Below are positions 38,620-52,049 of a stretch of 64,000 bases of DNA, piece by piece. The DNA is taken from contig NC_087438.1 of the NCBI RefSeq assembly GCF_036321535.1, positions 5,954,001 to 6,018,000 on the forward strand. Direction: 5' to 3'. This DNA comes from Camelus dromedarius (Eukaryota). The translations under genes and the position numbers were made by a program. The first letter of the stretch is position 1. Every line of letters begins with the position of its first letter. The notes below the pieces were generated by a model. That model ran no database searches. It saw only the letters and a list, made by a program, of their open reading frames with translations, and had not been told where the DNA came from.

Positions 38620-38720
38620 GGTGGAGCAGATATTATTATTATCTCAACATTTAGATGAGGAAATAGATCTGAGGAGTTAGGAGCCTGCTGGAGGGAACTC
38701 AGGACCTCTGACGTCACACT
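38620..38720 (-). mobile_element. MIR SINE fragment
   Basis: 'gatattattattatctcaacatttagatgaggaaat'. Confidence 0.6.
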
Positions 38721-39566
38721 CACAGCATCCCTCACCAGCCTGGGAGAGGTCCATGCCCCTGCTGCTGGAACAAGCTCAGGCTGTAATAAACTGTTTTCTA
38801 ACCTCCTCAGGAGGACCTGGGGAGGCCACCAGCGCTGGACCCTGACGGGTTTTCCTGCATCAGCCCTCCTGGGACGTGGGGAGAAAGGATGGTCAATCTA
38901 AAAGGTCTAGTTTTAAGTAAAACTGGCCATTCCTTCACAATGAATTCACACTCTTTTTCATTGAGAAGTTTTCCTCAGTTTTTCAATGTTTACTTTTTGT
39001 AAGAATGTCGTGATTTAAGTGAAAGGAACGTTAGAGGAAGCAAGACAACTACTTCCAACTTTCTTACGGATTCTTTTTCTAATGGAATAAGTAACGTTGC
39101 CTCCACATGTGTCCTCTAATTAAAAATAACACATGAGCTTTGGTTTTTGCTGTTGCGTTTCGGAGCACTAATTTGCTAGCTATATCCAAGGGGATTTGAA
39201 AAATTAAGTGGAACTAATTTCATCTTGCTGTATTTGTCTCTGGGAAATTTTTCTAGCTTATCTGTTCCTGCTCTGCCTTTATCCACCCTCTGCATACATT
39301 TTCTTTTTCCTACAGAATAGTACACACTTCTTCCTGTGCTTGGGGGGGGGGGGTGACGTCAGACCTGAGAGAGAGAGAGAGAGTCCATGGGTCCATGGGT
39401 CCATGCCTCCATTTCTCCCTGGATTTTATGCCATTCACTCAGTTTACCAAAGTTCAATTACTTCACACAATTTCTCTCTTTCTTGACTTTGTTTGTTTCT
39501 TGAATATATTAATGAGTACTTAAGATAGTCACTGGGCAATATATTTATCTTTAATGAAAAAATAAG

Positions 39567-40108
39567 TGAGGCAGGTCGAACAACAACCCTCCCAAGACCT
39601 TCATGTCAAAATACCAGCTGTTAGTGAATGTGGTGTGTTACCTGGCAGAAAGGAGTTAAGGTTGCAAACGGGATGAAGGTTGCTAATTAGCTGACCTTAA
39701 AGTGGGGCAATTATCCTACGTTATCCTAGTGGGGCGGATTGAATCACACAGGCCCTTAAGAAGTGATGAGGATGGCAGGAGAGTGAGTTAGAGACACAGG
39801 ACAAGGAAGGAGTGGTCAGAGAGGTCTGAGGTGTGAAAGGGACAGGACACACTGCAGCTGGATTTGGAAGTGGAGGAAGGGGCCAGGGGACGAGGAACGC
39901 CGGCGACCCCTGCAACCTGGAGGAGTAAGAAAATGGATTCTCCCACAGAACCTCCAGAAAGAAACCAGCCCAGCCAACACCTTGGTTTTAGTCCAGTGAG
40001 ACCCATTTCAGAACTCTGGCCTCCGGAATAGTAAAAAAAAAAAATTAATTTGTGTTGTTTTCAGCCCCCAAGGTATAATTTGTTGTAGCAGCCATAGGAA
40101 CTAACCCA
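39567..40108 (+). mobile_element. MaLR solo LTR (MLT1D-like)
   Basis: 'ggagttaaggttgcaaacgggatgaaggttgctaattagctgaccttaa...atggattctcccacagaacctccag...ccaacaccttggttttagtccagtgagaccc'. Confidence 0.9.
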
Positions 40109-41371
40109 TTGAAGAGGCCAAAGACACGTGGAGATGGCGACAGTCATGATTAAACCACAGCTCCCTAGTAATGACAGCTCTGCCACCTCTGGGTTCGTCC
40201 TGGGGAGACAGCGGGAGCACGGAGCCTGCTGCATGTGGGGCTGGGGACAGGCAGGAGGCCGGTTGTCATGGGAATGTATGAGCAAAAGCTTTCAAATTAA
40301 CGTGGTCTTTTCTTCAGATGATATATGATGATTCTATTCTTGTATGTGTGCATTCTCAATTTTTGTTTTGACATTCACATGTGTTTTTTAATATACCAGG
40401 AGCGTGAACGCTGGGCATGAGGAAGCTCTGTGATGTCCCAGTGAGCATCTGAGAAACTCCATCTCCAGAGAGCCCGACCATCAATCTCTGAGTATTTTAT
40501 TGCATTGATTTTGCAGCTGAGCACTCAGACAATTAAGACCAAGAAATGCAGCATATTTGCTTGTTAGCTTTGAGGAATTTTTTTTTCCTTTCTAACTATA
40601 CACAGAACTACAGATACAATTGCAGGCTCCTTTTCTGTGTTTACCAAATAAATATATAATATTATTTTTTAATAGTATAAAGCCTGAAGAAATGAACAGA
40701 ATAAATGTAATCATCTGTGTAACAAAAAATATAAATGATAAATCAGCTGTCTCTTTAAGCAATAAATTTATATAATTATATAGCATGTGCAGGAGTTCCC
40801 TGGCATTTAAATTACTATGCAGAATTAAACCAGTGGGAAATATTTTCCTGCTGTAGTGTAATCTGTTTATGTTTTCACAGATATTTAACATTTTTTTTTT
40901 CATGTTTGGTTAAAATAATTATTCTTGAAGTGCCCCATATACATTCCACGTCCTGGAGACACTCCCTGCCTTGTATTTGTGATGTTTTTAGTGAGTCCAT
41001 GCAACTGTTGCCTGCCCTGTATCCTTTACTGAACTTAAAGGTATAAGTAAGTAATGTAATACTGTGTTTATAAATATTGATAAAAAGGCAATGTGGTTTG
41101 TGTCACCAATTTGGTGAACATTCCAGAAACAAGTTCCATCTCTAACCACTTGCTGTATCCTTATGAAACTTAGTGAGAACCTAGTCTGGCCCCATCACAG
41201 TAGATTGTAGGTCTGTGTGGAAATTTTTTCAGGAGGAACTTACTGAGGTGTCGAGTTCTGCTTTTATCATTCAAATGAGTGGATTGATTTTTTTCGGGTA
41301 GCTGTATAACCACTTATATGGATAGAGAAAATAAATATACTGAAAATTTTATAAATTATTATGTTACTAGA

Positions 41372-41610
41372 TATTATAAGCTAAATTGTGTCCCACCCCA
41401 AATTCATAGATTTCATTCCTAGCGCACCAGTACCTCAGCATGTGACTGTACCTGGAGATAAGGCCTTGAAAGAGGTCATTAGTTTAGATGAGGACATTAC
41501 GGTGGATCCTAATCCAACATGACAGGTGTTCTTGTGAGAAGAGATTGGGATGCAGGACACACACTGAGGGAAGGTGATGTGAAGATGCAGGGAGAAGATG
41601 TCCATCAATG
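41372..41610 (+). mobile_element. MaLR LTR 5' half (MLT1B-like)
   Basis: 'taaattgtgtcccaccccaaattcatag...ccagtacctcagcatgtgactgtacctggagataagg...cctaatccaacatgacaggtgttcttg'. Confidence 0.85.
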
Positions 41611-42754
41611 GACCACCTAAAATTCAAACGTGGTTAAAACAGCAGCAACAAAAACAATTCCAAATTTTATGTTTATGATAATCCTTTTTCTTAGTCTCAG
41701 AGAATTTTCTAGAAAATTAATACTTCATAACGTTAAGAGATTTAATATAAATTCAACAATTTCTTCAGCATTGCATCTTCTACTAAATTCAAGCAAAATT
41801 AAATTAAATGTGATACTTTATTGAAATAGTTCATTCTGTATAATCAAGTATATATCTTTATATTATTGTACCTATTTTTCTACTCATTCTTCTATGTGAT
41901 TCTTCAGAGGCTATTCTAGAATAATATTTAGGGAACATTAACAATGGTTAATTATGGGTCAAGAAATAATTACTGATTTTAAATTTCTTCCTTGAACCTT
42001 CTGTATTGCAAGGGAATATCTGAGTGATAATGCAATATTCTAAAACTAAAATAGGGATTCGTTTTTCTCCAATAAGTGTATGACTTTATTATGAGGCAAA
42101 AGTCTAGCCATGATCTATCTAATGGTACAAATAAAATTTAACCATAATTAATTGATCATTTAGATGCATTAATTTATATATTTTTATTTTTATTTTTTAA
42201 CATCATAAAGTCTTTACTGTGGTTTAATTCTGCCCTATGAATGTAATTAAATGACTGTAATCACATGCAATTAATTATAGGGGGGACCAGATATATAAAA
42301 CTTAGGACATAATAAAAATCCTGTTTAATTTTCCCTTAAATTATGAAATATATAAATTTCCTTCATATGTCATTATATTTTAATACATTAATTCATATGT
42401 TTTTAAAATTGTGTATGGACCTATTTTTTTTTTTAATTTCCAAAATATACTTAATTACTCCAAGGGTATGTTTCCCAATGCATTTTACCAACTCTAAGTG
42501 ACAGCTTTGGATGAAGGTACATGATAATGGGGAAGAAAGAATCATCAAAAAAAAAAAAAAAAAAGGAAAGTATGAGACGTGTTTTGGGAGCCAGAAGCCT
42601 TCATCTAGTCTTAGGAGACTAAGCTGCAGTAGGTACCCCTAGAGGAAGCCGGTCTTTAACGTGGGCTGCAGACAGATTGTGGGGGAATTTCCGCGTTAGG
42701 TCCATGAGTTTGTTGTCAATTAGGGAACCACTGAACGTTTAGATTGGTAGAACC

Positions 42755-42880
42755 TCATTCACTCATTCATTCAACAACAGTTTGCTGGGAGTCTGTGCAG
42801 TGGGGACAAGCCCTAGAATGTTCGCGTTCCTGCCTGCGTGAAACTCTGAGTCCCCAGAAGGAGACAGGAAGGTGAGTCAG
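42755..42880 (-). mobile_element. L2 3' end fragment
   Basis: 'tcattcactcattcattcaacaacagtttgctgggag'. Confidence 0.55.
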
Positions 42881-42929
42881 TAACGAAAGTCCCGTGAGTC
42901 AAGAGTTAATAAGAGACGTGGACAGGAGC

Positions 42930-43205
42930 ACAAGGCGGTGGGATGGGTTCTCTGGGGACTCCCCGCGCGACCGCAGTGAACAAGCGCCCCCGCGTTCGGC
43001 GGGCCACCAGGTCCCCACGCTGCACGTGGGGCGCCGCTTCCAGCGCGCACGAGCCCGCGGGCCCACCCGCGTCCTCCCCTCCAGATGCGGAGGCGCAGAG
43101 CGGGCGGGGCCGCCCAGGTTCGCGCAGCCCAGTGCGGCGCAGACGGAATCCCGCCACACGCGGATGCCCGCGGTAGACCCGGAGCCTCCTGTGTGCACCC
43201 CGATT
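42930..43205. promoter_or_regulatory. Small CpG island with GC boxes and E-box
   Basis: ~270 bp GC/CpG-rich in AT-rich surroundings; CACGTG 43023-43028; GGGCGGGG 43102-43109 abutting CCGCCC 43110-43115. Confidence 0.85.
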
Positions 43206-45559
43206 TTCCTTCCATGCTAAATTTCGAGTAAGCTGCAGAAATTTAACTCATGCTCATGTGGAGTGTTTTGATTCTGCAGTGGAAGTACAGAGATGCTGGA
43301 AGAGCTATGTGGAGCTATGCGGTAGAGGATGTGTTTTCCTGTTTGGGTCATAAACTGGACCCGAGTGCTAAGTTTAAAGGCCAATGTATGTTTTAACAAC
43401 ACCATAAATATAAATTCATATTGGCTTGAAGGAAACAGTAGTTCAATAATTCAATAATTTGGGGATATGTTCCTTTTCTGAATTGCTCTCTATTGTGACT
43501 ATTTCTATTCCCTTGGTCAGGTGTTCATCTTAACCGGGTATTTCCCTCAGGAACCAGCCACCTGCATCACGTAGCAAAATGCCAGTATTGTGTCTTTGTT
43601 ATTCCTACTTAATGGAATAGATTCTAATTCACAGAGAACATTGTGCTATTTTTGCCATAGCCTTCTTAACTTGGAACCACTCTCTATTTTGCATAACTTG
43701 TGAGAGATGATCATTCAGTTCTGAATATGGAAATTATAGTCCCCTCTGATTACACTGATCATTCTCAGTGAGGCTGATAGTTGGTAAAGTAGGAGAGAAT
43801 CTTTGAGAAGGACGGTGTATATTGTCAGGAGAGAGACAAGGAGATCTGGTAAGACACATGGCCTGATGAAGAGAAAGAACAGTGTTCAATGTCATTATGT
43901 AAACTTTTGCTTAAATTAAGGAGTCTCCCTCCTCCTTCCTGGGTCATGGTCTCATCATATACCCCTTAACTACGTGCGGAATAAAAGTCCACATGAAGGC
44001 ACATTCTCCCCATTGCCTGGGGCTCCTCTCTGCTTCTTCTAAGTAGTGTCCACCACTGCCTGTTCCCGGAACCTCTCTGGCCGCCCGTCTTGCCCCTGAC
44101 ATGTTACATGCTAAGTGTCGAAACAGCAGAGTTTGCATCTTACGTGACAAGCCGCATGACAAAGGACAATTGATGTGATGTGACTTGACAAGTTTTCAGC
44201 GTGAGAGATGTTACCAGCATTACTTCTCTGCTGGAAAATGTGTCAATCCTGTTATTTGACAAACAAATAAAAGTTTTGCATTAGAAACAAATGACTTTTT
44301 CCTACCTTCAAAGCTATCCTGCTGTTCCAGGCATCATTGCCTTCCAGACTGCACATGCAGAGGAGAAAGTGACGTGTCCTGTCTCAACCAATATTATGAT
44401 GACTATTTAATAAAAGTACAGATAACTCTGAAAGGCAGGATGGGTCAGGAGTGCGTGGCTGCACAGCCAGTAAAAGTTGGACTATGTGGAATCAGATTCA
44501 CTTTCAAAAACTTTCTCCTAATGGCCAGAACACTTGCTATTCTCACACCCACTGGTCTTTACTCTTACTGGGTCATTTCTCCCCCACCAGTTCATCTTTT
44601 CTCTCCAAAGAAATTTTTTTAAAAATTTAAACAAGTAAAAACAAACAGAAAACAACAAAACACCTCACTCACACTCATGTCTGCAGTGTAAGTGTCTGCA
44701 CTGAAGACTTAAGTGGAAATAACAAACACTGACAAATTTAATGGTTTTGCATCCCAAAACCTTGGAGGCAAGTATTTTGAATTTCCTGGCAGAGATAAAA
44801 TACAGGTTTCCAGGAAGATGCATGAGCTACACCTAGGCTTAGAAGGAGTTGTGCCCTTTCCCTAAATTTGGGCAAGAAAACTGAAATAATGTGTGTTTAC
44901 CTAGAAGAGTGGGTAAAACACACACACACACAAAGACTGACATTCTCTGGGCTGATGCAGTGAGTGGAATGAGATAAAACCAAGTTTTAACTTTAGGTTC
45001 AAATCTGAAATTAGCTAAAATTTTCCCAAGTTGACTTTTTCATATTGAACTATTTGATTGCCCTATAATAATTAATTTCAGAAAGAGTTTTACTCACAAA
45101 GAATTATCATAAATTACATGTAAGAAAAAAACATGTAACTGTAATTTTGATCAAAATACATGTTTAAACCTTTCTAAATAAAGCATATATTTTGCTGTAC
45201 GGAAAGTCATGATATCTATTCAACATCTTTCTAATTGCTAAACTTAAAAAGAATAATGGCTCATGTTATTTTAAAATTTCCCTTATGAGAAGGCAACTGT
45301 GTCTCTGTACATATAAAAGATATTTCTGCTTTCTGTACATTTTATTAAAATATTACACGTGACCATCCTTTCTCAAGAAGCCAGATATTTTGCAGTATTT
45401 TTGACAGAATTATTTCACAGATAAGGAGAAAAGAAATTGGTATTGGAGAAATGATTACAGAGACTTTTATTCTGGCAGAGAGAACTGAGGAAGAATATTG
45501 AACTCTATGTTTAACGCATCCCACATGTAAAAAGCAGCTAGTAAAAGCCACTGTGTAAT

Positions 45560-46660
45560 GGCAGTCAGTGGCCCTCTAAAATATGATCCTTCTTTATAAA
45601 CAGTAAAAACACTGGCAAAAATTGCCAACACCAACATTTTCAAAACGCTGGAAAATATCCAAGCTTTTTAAAAATTTAAGGAGCATTTATTCTAGATAAT
45701 AGCTGAATATTAGCAAAAAAAAAAAAAAAAAAAATCCAGTGATGTTTTAATGTAATGTAACTTGGTCCCTTCCTATCACCCTCCATGATAGCCTTAAAAA
45801 CCAAGAGCCTAGCGATCATGGCAGCAATGAAAAACAACATTCCAGAAGCTACTGAAGGGGACAGAACAGGTTGAAACTCCCCAAAACCCCATCCTAGGGA
45901 AGTGTTATTCTTTGGTGTATAAGTTTTCTAGAGACTTCAACTCATCAGCCTACACCCAACCCAGAGTTCAGTCAGTAACAGCCTTTCCCCTGGGAGGTTT
46001 TCTTGAAAACAATTCGCAGTAGTTGTTTAACACTGTGGCTGCCCAAGATGAATCAGCTGGAGCAAACAAGAAGTTGACCTGAGAATTTAAAGCGAGAAAC
46101 TACAGAATGAGATACTCATCAGGACTTTGAAAAGGTCTTACATATTGAAGTCCACACCCATGTGAGCAGCTGTATATAAGCACAGGGCTCTTCTACCCAA
46201 GAAGGCCCTAATCTCTCACTGTGGCTGGACTTGGAGCTCTGCACAAGTAGGAATTAAAGGGTAAGGCCAAGTTGTAAACTGCCTGTATGAGCAATTAAGG
46301 TCTGACCCAACACGCACACAGAGCCCCTCAGCAAACGTTGGGGGACTTACCGGTTTAAGTCATTTTGGAAAATTTCTGTCAAATAATTAGTTGACCACTA
46401 AGCTTACTAAGCAGAACCTTGAGTTGTTACACGCAATAGAGAATATGGCATTTGTTGAACTGGTTCAGAAAAGTCAGTCAACAAGCAAAAGGAAACAATA
46501 ACAACAAAGCCCCCTGAGAAGGGGAGGAATCTGATTTCCAGAGTTGCCACATTATATTATTTAAAATGTTCAACTTTCAACAATAAATTATGAGGTATGA
46601 AAAGAAACTGAAAAAGAAGACTCCAGGAGGGGAAAAAAGTAAATAAAAATTGTCCCTGAG
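45560..46660 (+). mobile_element. Old L1M 5'-region fragment
   Basis: 'ggggaggaatctgatttccagagttgccacattatattatttaaaatgttcaactttcaacaataaattatgagg...tgtccctgaggaagcccaga' is typical of the L1M 5'UTR/ORF1 junction. Confidence 0.6.
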
Positions 46661-47874
46661 GAAGCCCAGATGGGGCAGAGGCAGAGCAAAGAAGAAGAAA
46701 GAACTTGAACTGACAAAGCCTGAGTCTTGGTGCCTCAAGACACGGCATGAGGTTCCACGTGGGGATGACCTCGCTCAACTCCAGGGACCATCTTTTCTAA
46801 GTTCCGGGGTTCCTGAGATATTTTGTTCATATAGAGCCTATGACGCTCTTAAAAAATAAGTAATTAAATTCTAAAAAATTTTAAAAAGCAAGTAAAAGAT
46901 TTCTCTCTCTTTCTCAACCCTCTCCCCCTCACCTTCTCACCTCCTGTTTCACTGACTGCATTCTCATTCCTGATTGCCCACCACAATATGTAAAGCAACG
47001 AAGTCCTTTATTCAGTGAGAGGAAGGTCCAATTTTGATCCAAGATGATTATCTCAGATTCTGCTTTGTGTGTGTTGCTCCTTGTAGCTGAGAACATTTCT
47101 TTATGCTTTTTTTCTGATAATAACAATACTTTCATTCTCAACAATGTTAATTATCTGGCAGAACCTCCTGATGCTTATGATCTTCAGTTATTAGGTGGAG
47201 GTTTAGCCACTACAACACCTGATGCCTCATCTGTCTCATTACATGGGTGCACAGCTTTCTAGGAAGATTTGGAATGTAATTATACCATCTTTATTTAAAA
47301 TATATAATGCTGTTAAAAAAATACCTAATGGTTTATCATAAATAAGCCATTAAGTGACTCTAGTGTCTTCTAAATTTATTTTTATGATAGACACAGATAT
47401 TTTCTTAGCTGTTTCTCCAGCCAGAGAATTGTAGGAGACTTGAAAGTGATTGCTGAAACTCGGTGTCTAATTCATGAAAATGTAAAAAGGAGGAGAAAAG
47501 TCTCCAGTAATGAAATCCCTTATGAATCCTATGAACAGAGGCAGTAAGTCCTATCCACAAGCTTATCTGCATCTTAGCTCCTGCTCTTGCCAACACGCCT
47601 GTCACTCCTCCATGACACAGCACTTCTCCTGCCACAGTGTCTTTAACTGAAGAAAATTTGTACTCTGAATGGCAGTTGCTCATAGGAGGCTATGAACTGT
47701 TGGTCAGTCACTGCTTAGAAATGGCTTGAGTTCCTTCTGACCTTGTGCATGCCCATGCTTAGCTCACTTTTTATGTTTGGGGCTTGTCGTTGAGTGTTTC
47801 TTTTTAAATTTTTTTCTTTGGTCTTTGAATTTTGATTCCCTAAGACAGAAAATGGAAATTCACACAACTGACAA

Positions 47875-47992
47875 TGGCAGACTAGTTAAGTGCAGTGGCT
47901 GAATGGGTGGGCTTCGTGTGGACTGATGGCCTTTAAAATATGTCTCTGGAACTTCCTAGCTGTGCAGCCCTGAAAAGATACTTAACCTCTCT
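47875..47992 (+). mobile_element. MIR SINE fragment (abutting MLT2)
   Basis: 'acttcctagctgtgcagccctgaaaagatacttaacctctctgtg'. Confidence 0.65.
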
Positions 47993-48390
47993 GTGACTGA
48001 CAGTTAATTTTATGCATCAACTTAGCCAGGCTGTAGTGCCAAGTTGTTTAGTCCAACATCTAGATGTTGTTGTGTGGGTGACTTTTAGATGTGATTGACG
48101 TTTAAATCACCAGACTTTGAATAAAGTCTATAAAGTGAGTGGGCTTCATCCTCATCCAAACAATTGAAGTCCTTAAGAGCAAACAAAGACAGAGGTTTCC
48201 TGATAAAGAGAATTCTACCTTATAAATGCAATACAGACACCCTACCTGGGTTACCCATCTGCTGTCCTGCAGGATTTGGACTCAAGACTACAACATCAGA
48301 TTTTCCCTGAATTTCCAGCTTGCCAGCATGCCCTATGATTTCAGACTTGTTAAAGCCCACAATCAAATGAGCCAACCTCTTAAAATCCAT
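47993..48390 (+). mobile_element. ERVL solo LTR (MLT2-like)
   Basis: 'gttaattttatgcatcaacttagccaggctgtagtgccaagttgtttagtccaac...cctatgatttcagacttg...atgagccaacctcttaaaat'. Confidence 0.85.
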
Positions 48391-49749
48391 TCCCCTCTCT
48401 TTAGTCCCCTCACCTAAAACCCTGTCATTACCTCATGGAAGCAATGTAATGATATCTTTCCCTCATTTAAAATTTTTTCTTTGTTTATTTATGAAAACAA
48501 ACATTTATGGGAACCAGGAATACAGAAAATCAGGATCTAATGAAACAAGAGTGAACATAACTCTACGTATGCAACCTTGAAATAAACATGGGTCATGGAT
48601 TATAATTTAAGCTAATGTGGTAGGAGACTATTATTGCTCATTCATCTCCCACATTCTGTAGGTAAGTTGGGCTTGATAACTGAGCTGATGAACAAAGAAA
48701 TCCTTGGTGCCAATGTCTTCGAAGAGAAAGGTACAAAGAATCACATGGAGGTGAATTTTACAAGGGCAGGGAATGGTGCAGAAAGATCTTTAAAGGGACC
48801 AGGCACCAATTGTGCATGAATTGTATGATACGTAACATTCCATAGGAACGTTGATGCTTCTGGTCGAGGTGAGACAGAACTGTAGGTATTAATCCCCAAG
48901 GCAGGAAGTCTGTACTCTACCCATCCTTGTCCTGAGCTTCTAGAGTTTATCAACTGCACTTGTATGCAAATGCAGAACAGGAATTGGTGATTGGCTTGTT
49001 TCCTTGGTCAATATGAAGATCATGCAAAGAAGCCCCAGTAATTTTTCTCTGGACTCTTTGTCATTACTGTCTTATCTTACTCTTTCATTAAACCATGCAC
49101 AAAATTTCACTGAGTCTCCCACCCCTACTCTCCACCCCTTTGCTAGACCCTGAGCCAAGCACTGGAAACACAGCAGCTGAGATGGGGTTTTTGTTTCCTA
49201 GACTCATTGAAACTCAAATTTTAGTGACTCAGCAGAACCTTCTAAGATGGCTTTCTTCACTTACATGCTTAGACTTCAGTGGCTCTGCTGCTGCATTGAG
49301 AATTCATCACCTGTAATTTCTCCAGACTCAGTCACTCAGCACTTCTGAGATGGTATTCCTTTCCGCCTCCTTATGATTGATCCTGGTGAAGGCTGTGCTG
49401 TCTCAGTGATAATTAAGGAATGGCCCTCAGTCAGAAGAACCAATTTCCCAAGTGGAATGGGATCTTTTTTTTAACAAGTAGATGGTTGCTTATCTTCTAT
49501 GAAAAGTTTAAACTCTGAAGTGTTGGAAGCTTAAATTGCATGACTTCCAAGAGAGATTTACTGGAGGGCCCAGGTCCACCCTCCTTGGAGTCAACAACCT
49601 TTCCAAGCATCCAGTGGAGTTGGGATGGGGACAAGGAGCCCTTTACTAGATCCTCCAGTGCTAGAAAGACCTGCTTGGCTAGCACTTGTATCCAGCCCCT
49701 TTTTTTATCTGTCTGTTAGAAATATTTTTTATTATGATTTGTTGTGTTG

Positions 49750-49900
49750 GAAGGAGCAAAACTTGGGCATCAGACACACCTTAGTTTGAGTTTCAGCTTC
49801 ACCAGTTACAGTTTGTATAATCTTTAGAAAATTGCTTATATATGGTAATCCCCAGTTCCTTCAATGTAAGTAGAAATGAAAATATATACCTTGAATTACC
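49750..49900 (+). mobile_element. MIR SINE fragment
   Basis: 'gcatcagacacaccttagtttgagtttcagcttcacc...cagttccttcaatgtaa'. Confidence 0.55.
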
Positions 49901-52049
49901 TTGTATAAATTTTGATACACTAAGTATAACCTCATGCCATGACCCAAGCCTGAATATATATGGGGGAACAGAAATGGTCCACATGATGAATGGATTTCAG
50001 AAACTTCATAAATGGATCTGAATCTCAGTGGAGGGATTGGAGCGAAAATATAAACATGGAGTCTTCAGCATGTAGATGAGAACAGAAGACATAGATTGAG
50101 AGGAGATGAGAAAAGAATTTAAAACCCTGCAGGGCTCCCAAATGAAATAAACCAGCAGGAGAAGTAGAAACCAGGTAGTAATAGCTAAGATCCTGTCAAA
50201 TCAAGAAAAAGTTTGCCAAGTGTAGCCAAAAAATTAAAACTAAAATACACTTTAAATTCTACCCACAAGAAGCTTTCACAGCACAAATGAAGGAAAATAT
50301 AAAAGGAAAAAATCATATTAAATGTTCTTTTTACCTTTATAAGAAAAGTATTAGGTGAACAAGCTGGCATTATTGCTTTTATCCTTCAGAGGCGAATGTA
50401 AGATGGTTCATCAAAATTATGATGAATCGGATTAAAGGATGAGATGATGTAGAAATATCATAATTCCACTTTCTGTCCATTTTGTGTGTTTTACTGTAAC
50501 AGTCTAATGCTGTCAAATGTAAGCAGTACGTATTACATTTACAGAAACACCTGACACAAATACAGTAGCAGAACAAACTCTTGTGTTTCATTATTTTAAT
50601 ATGTATTTTGACAAAAAAAAAAATATTTTCTGTGGGTGTGAAAATAACAGCAGTGATTGGCAGGAATGGCAGTTCACCTTAAAGTTGTGAAAATTAAAAT
50701 GATTAAAATAGTATCTTAAAAAAAAGTTATTGACATTACCGTACAAGCCAACTTTATTAAAGGAAGAATTATTAAAAGATACTTAAGTGATATTAGTAAT
50801 AATACAGTGATACCTTCCAAAGTTTATTATTTATATCAAATTCCACTGGCAATTTTGAGGTTAAGTATAAGCACAAATATGTTTTTTTTAAAGAAACCCA
50901 GTACACAGTTGTCTATTAAATATAACATGTTGTGGAATTCTTGTTGATATTTTCAAAGAGTGAATATGATCAATAGGGCAAATTCAAGATTTCTGTCAGC
51001 ATGTATAAATCTGAAATTAAACAGTGATGAAATTGAAATGTGAATTTCCTAATTAAGGATCAAAATAGAAAAAAAAATAGAATATTTTGAAACTTGGACT
51101 GCCTGTTCAAAATGTCAAGCACTGAGCATCTAATATTTAAAAAATAATTTTGTTAAATATTTTGTTAAATTAGGGAGTCTAAAAATTTCTAATGTTGGTG
51201 ATAATTTGTTTTAATACATTCCTTTATCGATCGATAGCTGTTGTGAATGTAATTTGGTACAAATATATTTACATACATATTTTAAATACATTCTGATACT
51301 TTTTGGTGAGGTTGAAAATTGGTGTATTCATTGGCCCAGTGATTACATTTATGGATAAACTTCAGCTCATCTTACCAAAAGTTAAGAGAGTTCAAGAGGT
51401 TGTTGCTAAGAGCAAACAGTACACATAGCAATGGGATAATGGATTCACACCATGGAATATTAAACAGCTCTGAAAAGGAATTTACTATAGCTACAAGCAG
51501 TAGCATGAATTAAATTTTGCAACAACACTGAGGAAAGAAAAAGCAAGTGCAGGAAGACTAGATAATTTTACTAGCCTTGGAATAAAATTAAACCAAATGG
51601 TAACAAAATGAAATACTGTTCTTTTAGGCATATGCATATACATGGCCAGATAATACACAGGTTTTGAAGTTTACTCTTGGAAAAGGTGAAGTGCTTTTGG
51701 TGTTCAAATTGTATCTCCTCATTTCTTGGTCCAACTTTGGTTGAAGCCATATCTGTGTGAACTCAGCCCCCTGTCACTTAGGGGGTCAGAAACAAGGGTT
51801 TCTGCATGTCTCACAGTAGTTCCTGGTGCAATCAAGTCCCTGTAACCTGATGGTTCGCCTACTACGACGGCTGACTTTGGTGGGTTGGCATGTGTTAGGC
51901 ATGGAAGGGGAAGAGTCGTCTTCTAAAGGAATAACCACTTAGCTGTTATAAGAACAAGAAAACAGTTCTGCACAGTAGCTGCAGAAAAAGCCTACAAAAC
52001 GTCTAAAAGAAACTCCAGCAAGGAATGTTGAAAGCCTTTTGTTTAAAAA

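Noticed and set aside
42877..43220. Five overlapping ORFs in the second CpG island
   Set aside because: Same GC-composition artefact; several frames are open on both strands.
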